Positions 60,531 to 64,000 of a stretch of 64,000 bases of DNA are shown here, piece after piece. Source of the DNA: Podarcis cretensis (Eukaryota); NCBI GenBank assembly GCA_951804945.1, contig OX638155.1, forward strand, positions 5,580,001 to 5,644,000. The letters are read 5' to 3'. The position numbers were made by a program, and so were the translations under genes. The notes beneath the pieces are model-generated. The model saw only the letters and a program-made list of their open reading frames with translations. It made no database searches and had not been told where the DNA came from. Each line of letters opens with the position of its first letter. Position 1 is the first letter of the stretch.

Positions 60531-62164
60531 ATGCATTCACTTTTTCTGACATTTGCACAGGACAATGTCAAAACTGATAATGCTCAAGTCAAATAATGGC
60601 CTTTCTTGCATAGTGAATATAAAGCAGGGTAGCCAGCCTTTTTTGTCCAGTAAGCACATTTGGAATTTGGAGAGAGTGTTGTGGGCACCAGCCACAAATG
60701 GCTGCTATAGAGGTGTGTCTTGACACAAAGTGGCTGCCATGGAGATGTGATGTAACACAAAAGAGATGCCTAGGGTGTGGCATAATGGCTTCAGTGCAGG
60801 AGAGGCTGAATCCATGCAACAGAAACTGAGTACAAAGAGGTTTTTTTATTATACCTGAAAAGAATCGTAACACAAGTAAGGAGCATGGGGTCCTGTTTGC
60901 CAGCCCTGCAGTCAGCTGACTCCATCCACTGCACTGAGCTCTTAGAAGCCTCCTCACAATTGAGAACCCTGATAATGCAGCACCCTTACAATACTGCAAT
61001 TCCTTGTTCAGTCATAACACCCAAGCCAGGTTAAAACCTATGCACATACAACTGTAAACGTGTAGGTTCTTCTTCCCAATGCTCCACTGAATATGCAGAT
61101 GTTGGACAGGGCCAGAGACAGCACAAACATTGGGGAATGTGCATGAATTCTACACATGAAGGAATAATCAGTGAACAACCATAGAAAGCGGCAGTGAGGT
61201 GGGCATCTCTTGCTGAAATGACTCATTTTCCTTTATCTAGACCACTGAGCTCACTGTGAATCATTTACTTTATCATTGTTTCTCTTTAGGTTTGTTTCCT
61301 AGAAATAACTTTGATTTTCATTGGCTGCTCTCATGATCATATGTACTTGGAAGAATGCTTCACTAAAATGTATTAGACTTCCTGACATGTAATTATGCTT
61401 AGCAGAATGAAGTAACCAAAGAGGAGCTCATAAGACTCTGAGAAGCCCAACCCTTTTTGTTATACCCACTTTCATTAAATAAGGTAGCAATTTTACTTGA
61501 TTAGCTTTGCTTTTTAAAAAGTTTTTTTTTAGCTGTCAGGAGATAGGGAAGTGATCTCTTCTTGCTAATTAATAGTATATTGATGTTGGCCACAAACCTC
61601 CACATAGAAATAGGGATCTCTGAAGAGGGGAGTATCAGGAGATATTTTCAATGCTGCACTTGCGTAAAATCTGTTTAAAATCATCTGTTCATATTTTAGA
61701 ACTCTTTGTGTACTACAAATTTTGCATATATTTTACAACTGTAAAACATTTTCCCCAAAATAGTTCAGATCGTGCCAATGTTTTCTGCTTCATGAAAGGC
61801 TTGGGCCAGGATCCAGAGAAGACTCTTTCCGTGAATCTGGGAGCATTTGTGGGGCGTGTTTTTGTTCACTTGCAGTCCCCATGCCATAATGGATGGGGCT
61901 TTTGAAGCTAATAAAAACTGAGTTTCAAGAATGGTTTGTAATAGGGTGTGGAAGACAATCAGCTGTTATAAGAAGTCAGAAAGTATTGCATCACCCCAAC
62001 CAATATTTTGGAACCCAACTTTACTTGTGCCCTGTTATACAGTACTTCCCACCAACATCAGACACGTGAAAGTTTATTGCGGTGACTTAGCAATAAAAGA
62101 CAGGCAGTCTACACATACTCAAAAGTGCGTTCCTCATATTCTGGGGCTCTTTAAAATGGTGTTG

Positions 62165-63731
62165 TGGCCAAATCATGGTCAGCTCTAACAGTAATTAAAG
62201 GGAGAACTGTGGCTTCAGTAGTAGAGTGCATGCTTCTTCTGCACAAATGAGATGAGACTGGATATAAGAGATCTTTCAGAGAGAGGTGTACATTGTTTTC
62301 ACAATATAGGTCTCAGTATTTTACTCTGAAGCTGGTCATTTACACACCACAGACCAAATATATGGAGAGGAATTTGTGGCGAGGTAGAGAAGTGTGTGAT
62401 GAATTTTGTGATTATATGTGGAGGGGTCAATGAAAATTTATGGAGTGGAAATTGAAATGATAGCTATTAATGACAATGGGCCCAGGTTCCCATCAGAAGA
62501 ACCAGAAACAAAAGTTGGTGAGAATAAAGCAAGAGAACTCCAATTTGCCATCTATAAGGCACAAGACACTGATTTGGAAACCAATTCTCTCTAGAACTAC
62601 AAAATCAGCTAAAAGAATAATTTTTTCCTGGACATGAAAATAGCAGCTGGAGGTGCCAGATATGTTGAACTGGTGGTAGAAAGAATTCTTAATCACAAAG
62701 AGGAAGCTGCTCACCATCTGCTCCTCACAGTATATTAAGGAGGAGAGTCAGAAAGGTCTGGTACTTCAAAAACCTGAGTCACATTTCTTGATGCAATGAC
62801 AGTGCCTTGGGCTTTAAACAAGCCTCCATTATTCAGTGAGTCCAGGCTCAATATGGAGATTGTTAATATTTGTTATCCTTGTTACCTGTGTATGGCTATG
62901 CTCCTTAATTAGCCATATCCTCACATATTGTACTGCCAAAAAAAAAACCCCAAAGAAATCTCTATCAAGATGACAACAGAAGCCCTCCTAAACATGCAAA
63001 ATCAGGATTAAAGAATCCATAGAGAAATCCTGTGTTCAGTTCTGACAGTCTCCCTTTCAAACTGAAGAAATCGATCAGCAATCATTACAGTTTGGTGCCA
63101 GACTGAAGAGGAGATGGGAGCTGTTGCTTCAGCAGTGAAGGAACTTAGACTGGGAACTTATACAGGAGCTAGAGGATCCACCCCTTCCGCGATCTCAGTC
63201 AGGACTTGTTTCCATTTGATTCCTTCTCATGAGTAGCCTCTGCAGCAGCTAGCCAGGCACTGTGGCAACTCTTATGTTCCTGCCTGGTTCACCTTCTTCT
63301 CTGAGTCTGTGGCCCCCAAAGAGATGAGGAAGAGTCTGAGAGCCAGCCAGGATCTCAGCTATCCAGTCCTGGGGCAGGGTTGTGAGGTCCATGAAGAACA
63401 ACTTATCCAGACTGAGAATAACTTATTAAAAATGAGATCAGTAATTTGTCTATATAACTCTATTAATTCTGTCTGGGGTTATTTATGCCTGATGTTCCTT
63501 CATTTATGAAAAGTTCCAGGAGATTAAGTTCCATGGAAGGATGGAGGCTCTCCACCACTCAGCTCCAAGGTCTCAGTGACTCTCTTCATCCTGGACCAAA
63601 ATGACAGTGCTCCCCAAATCCTGTACCCCTCCCCTCCCATTGATGGTTCCACAGGGATAGAGCTGGCCCCTCGCTCCTCTGAGCTAGGCTACCTACCTTG
63701 TCATTAAGGTAGTGGCCATGGATGTGGACTC
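62165..63731 (+). pseudogene. Degenerate gamma-A-like variable exon (EC1-EC2 ~62240-62806, EC4 remnant ~62980-63102, EC5/EC6 remnant ~63458-63731)
   Basis: Frameshifted, stop-containing remnants: [112 protein letters not shown]. The 5' boundary is approximate. Confidence 0.88.
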
Positions 63732-64000
63732 AGACATATATTCCTGTATGGCCCATACTGATTTTAGGAACATATTTCAAACTCTGTGATTTTGTTATCA
63801 GTGACTACAATTATCATTTGCAACTTGTCTGTTTATATAACGTTCTTGCCTATCCTCAGTCTCTGTAGATTGAATAGGATATAAGGCTAGAAAACAAAAT
63901 TGTTGCAATTATTGCAGAAGTATCGCATGCAATATCCTAGAGAGAGATGGGCAGGTGGTGGGTCAGGATCTACTGATAGATCTTTGGGTGATTTTCAGCA

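Noticed and set aside
60359-60571. ORF with a poly-(IS) tract
   Set aside because: Translation of the (ATATAG)n microsatellite.
1-64000. Pcdhg constant exons, C-type exons or numbered orthologue names
   Set aside because: No constant-region (QAPPNTDW-like) or C-type coding sequence was seen. Lineage-specific expansion and conversion prevent one-to-one naming.

Overview
Vertebrate genomic DNA from the variable region of a clustered protocadherin-gamma (Pcdhg) locus. It is most likely a squamate lizard (probably a lacertid), judged from Sauria SINEs, Bov-B, CR1 and Tc1/hAT MITEs. The window holds ten intact ~2.4-kb single variable exons on the + strand. Each encodes a signal peptide, six cadherin repeats, a TM helix and a variable cytoplasmic tail, and ends at a phase-0 GT donor; the constant exons lie outside the window. 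Each exon is preceded ~190-280 bp upstream by a CSE/CTCF promoter element. The exons fall into three subfamilies: gammaA-like (V1, V8), gammaB-like type 1 (V2, V4, V6, V9) and gammaB-like type 2 (V3, V5, V7, V10). Their order is A-B1-B2-B1-B2-B1-B2-A-(psi)-B1-(psi)-B2-psi, and three gammaA-like relics are present. Main observations: (1) the CpG of the CSE 'CGCT' box is absent in 7 of 10 promoters, and some promoters are nearly CpG-free; (2) near-identity tracts, interpreted as gene conversion, start at the CTCF site and spare EC2-EC3, which are patchworks; (3) a young-looking patch lies inside a dead pseudogene; (4) a speculative in-frame phase 0-0 cassette exon is built from a TM-domain relic plus a MITE-derived donor; (5) poly(A) signals sit directly after read-through stops; (6) a hAT MITE carries TTAGGG repeats. 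No wholly new biological system is established from sequence alone, and the findings below are hypotheses to test.
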